From an uncultured Christensenella sp. (lineage in GTDB: Bacteria > Bacillota > Clostridia > Christensenellales > Borkfalkiaceae), in contig CAZARP010000003.1 of the NCBI GenBank assembly GCA_964487575.1, forward strand, positions 12,178-44,684: 32,507 bases of DNA, given 5' to 3'. Position 1 is the first letter of the stretch. Each line of letters opens with the position of its first letter. A model generated the notes under the pieces. That model was not told the DNA's origin and did no database searches. It worked only from the letters and a program-made list of their open reading frames with translations. The translations under genes were made by a program, and so were the position numbers. Below are positions 30,765 through 32,507 of this stretch, piece by piece.

Positions 30765-32507
30765 ATGCAATCGTTTATTTTTAACCGATTAAAATTTAAT
30801 ATTGTCGGCGACAAAATCTCGCTTCGCGGTTTGGGCGTTTACGCGCCCGACGACGCGGTTTTGAAAGGCAACTTCGCGGAGTTTCAGGTGGCAGGCGAAA
30901 ACCGACCCAGTCGGTACGGCAACAAACAGATTTGCTCGTCCGAGGGGGCGCGGCTTAAATACGTTTCGCACTCGATACGCGGCGACGTGCTTACCGTAAT
31001 TCAAAAAAGCGAGCTTTTAGAGGTTAAAACGGTAATAAGCGCTCACGTCGGGACGAGCGTTTTAAGCGTTTATTCGGTTGCCGAAAACGTTTCGGGCGGC
31101 GCGCTGACTTTGACGGAGGCTGCGGCGTTTTGTTTGCCGTACGTTGCGGACGTGTCGGAAAAAACCGCAGAAAACCTTTCTTTTTTCAGGTTCGAACAAG
31201 GGCATCATACCGAATGTCGCGTACACGAAGCGTCTTTTGCGCAGTCGGGGATTGCGACGTGCGAGCCGGACGGACAGCGCGCGCTTGGTTTTACCAACGT
31301 CGGCAGTTGGTCTACAAAAGAAGAACTTCCTCAAGGGATTATAAAATCGCCCGACGGCGCGCTGTTCTTTCAGATAGAAAGCGACGCGTCTTGGCGGTAC
31401 GAGATAAGCGACGGCGGCGACGGGTATTATCTGCTTGTCGGCGGTCAGTCGGAATGTTACACCGGTTGGAGCGTTAATTTGGCGCACGGAGAGAGTTACA
31501 CGACGGAAATCGTCGCGCTTTGCCGCGAAAAGACCGTCGGCGACGCTATCGCGCAGATGAGCGCGTATCGTAGAATTATTTGCGGCAAGTGTGAGGCGGA
31601 TAGGGATATGCCGGTTATTTTTAACGAATATATGCACTATTCTTGGGACAGCCCGACGGAAGAAAACACGGCGTACAACGCTCCGATTGTCGCGGACGTC
31701 GGCGCGGATTATTACGTCATCGACTGCGGCTGGCACGACGAGGTGCCCGGAAACGAGATTTATCCGTACGTCGGAGAGTGGAAGGAGAGTAAAACGCGTT
31801 TTCCGCACGGCGTAAGACGGATTACCGATTATATCCGCTCGCTCGGTATGCGCGCGGGGTTATGGATAGAACCCGAAGTCGTCGGCGAACGCTGTTATAA
31901 AATGCTCGACTATTACGGCGACGAGTGCTTCGTAAAAAGGTACGGCAAAAAAGTTTGCGTAAACGGGAGGTACTTCCTCGACTTCCGCAAACAAAAAGTC
32001 GTCGATTATTTAAGCGAAACAATTCGCAGAATGGTCGAAGACTACGGCGCCGATTACGTAAAATTAGATTACAATCAAGATATGGGCGTCGGGACGGAAG
32101 TCGACGCGGCAAGCTTCGGCGACGGGCTTAAAAAGTGTCGCGACGCTTACGCCGCTTGGGTGGACGGTATAAGGCGGCGCTTCCCGAACGTTATTTTCGA
32201 AACGTGTTCTTCGGGCGGACTTAGAATGGATTACAAAACGCTTAGGCGGTTTTCTTTGGTTTCGACTTCCGACCAGACGGATTATCTTAAATACAGGGCG
32301 ATTGCGGCGAACGTGCTTGCTTGCGTTTTGCCCGAACAAGCCGCCGTGTGGAATTATCCGGTCGACTGCAAGGTTCCGCCCAACGTGGAATTCGTTCCGT
32401 CGAAAGACTGGGTGAAAGAGAACGTTTCGGAAGAACAAATCGTTACCAACGTCGTAAATTCTCTGCTCGGCAGGATGCACCTTGCCAGCCGTATAGGGTT
32501 GCTCGGT
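30765..32507 (+). CDS. GH36 alpha-galactosidase-like glycoside hydrolase, 3'-truncated by the window edge
   Basis: I translated this frame codon by codon. It is open for 581 codons from the ATG at 30765 to the last base. GH36 hallmarks are present: YYVIDCGWHDE, GMRAGLWIEPE, YVKLDYNQD (nucleophile-region K-x-D-x-N), ETCSSGGLRMDY and STSDQTDY. It is absent from the ORF track, presumably because no stop codon lies within the window. Confidence 0.85.
   Translation, partial: MQSFIFNRLKFNIVGDKISLRGLGVYAPDDAVLKGNFAEFQVAGENRPSRYGNKQICSSEGARLKYVSHSIRGDVLTVIQKSELLEVKTVISAHVGTSVLSVYSVAENVSGGALTLTEAAAFCLPYVADVSEKTAENLSFFRFEQGHHTECRVHEASFAQSGIATCEPDGQRALGFTNVGSWSTKEELPQGIIKSPDGALFFQIESDASWRYEISDGGDGYYLLVGGQSECYTGWSVNLAHGESYTTEIVALCREKTVGDAIAQMSAYRRIICGKCEADRDMPVIFNEYMHYSWDSPTEENTAYNAPIVADVGADYYVIDCGWHDEVPGNEIYPYVGEWKESKTRFPHGVRRITDYIRSLGMRAGLWIEPEVVGERCYKMLDYYGDECFVKRYGKKVCVNGRYFLDFRKQKVVDYLSETIRRMVEDYGADYVKLDYNQDMGVGTEVDAASFGDGLKKCRDAYAAWVDGIRRRFPNVIFETCSSGGLRMDYKTLRRFSLVSTSDQTDYLKYRAIAANVLACVLPEQAAVWNYPVDCKVPPNVEFVPSKDWVKENVSEEQIVTNVVNSLLGRMHLASRIGLLG

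Noticed and set aside
31062-32480. Minus- and plus-strand ORFs from the track (31062..31808 -, 31822..32112 -, 32064..32480 -, 31130..31477 +, 31925..32131 +)
   Set aside because: All are Arg-rich, low-complexity translations lying off-frame or antisense to the 581-codon GH36 frame, which has strong family motifs.
1-32507. A search by eye for CRISPR repeats, IS or transposase genes, integrases, toxin-antitoxin pairs, restriction-modification or other defence genes, and long DNA-level direct repeats
   Set aside because: None found. The tRNA-Gln at 10.86 kb borders the accessory locus, but no integrase, direct repeat of the tRNA 3' end or phage gene is visible. An integrated island is therefore not supported.

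Overview
This window looks like a Gram-positive, Firmicutes/Clostridia-like chromosome. That call is an inference from the prs-pth-mfd-PrsA-like gene order and the lipoprotein-based sugar uptake. Bases 1-10.7 kb are housekeeping genes, all on the + strand: the 3' end of a membrane protein, rlmH, an M14 zinc carboxypeptidase, tadA, prs, pth, mfd, a large PrsA-like lipoprotein, a DnaQ-like DEDDh exonuclease and an AEC-family permease. A tRNA-Gln(CUG) follows, with its own promoter and terminator. From about 11.0 kb to the right edge there is a glycan-utilisation locus. It holds a cytoplasmic DUF4874/DUF4832-like TIM-barrel protein and a xylose-isomerase-like TIM-barrel enzyme. After a roughly 600 bp structured spacer containing a G13 homopolymer comes one long + strand gene string. 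That string encodes two CUT1-type ABC permeases, a large solute-binding lipoprotein and a DUF4091 (GH123-related) lipoprotein. It then encodes four consecutive secreted proteins of unknown function. The locus ends with a GH31-like hydrolase, a convergent AraC regulator and a GH36 alpha-galactosidase-like gene. The GH36 gene runs off the right edge and is missing from the supplied ORF track. The most unusual feature is the four-gene array at 20.15-27.9 kb. Aligned by eye, it carries about nine copies of a 150-200 aa module with a shared motif skeleton that I cannot assign to a named family. A tenth copy appears to sit at the C-terminus of the DUF4091 enzyme. A 44-codon ORF with a strong RBS, also absent from the track, sits inside the array just upstream of its largest member. 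I saw no CRISPR array, transposase, integrase or recognisable defence genes.
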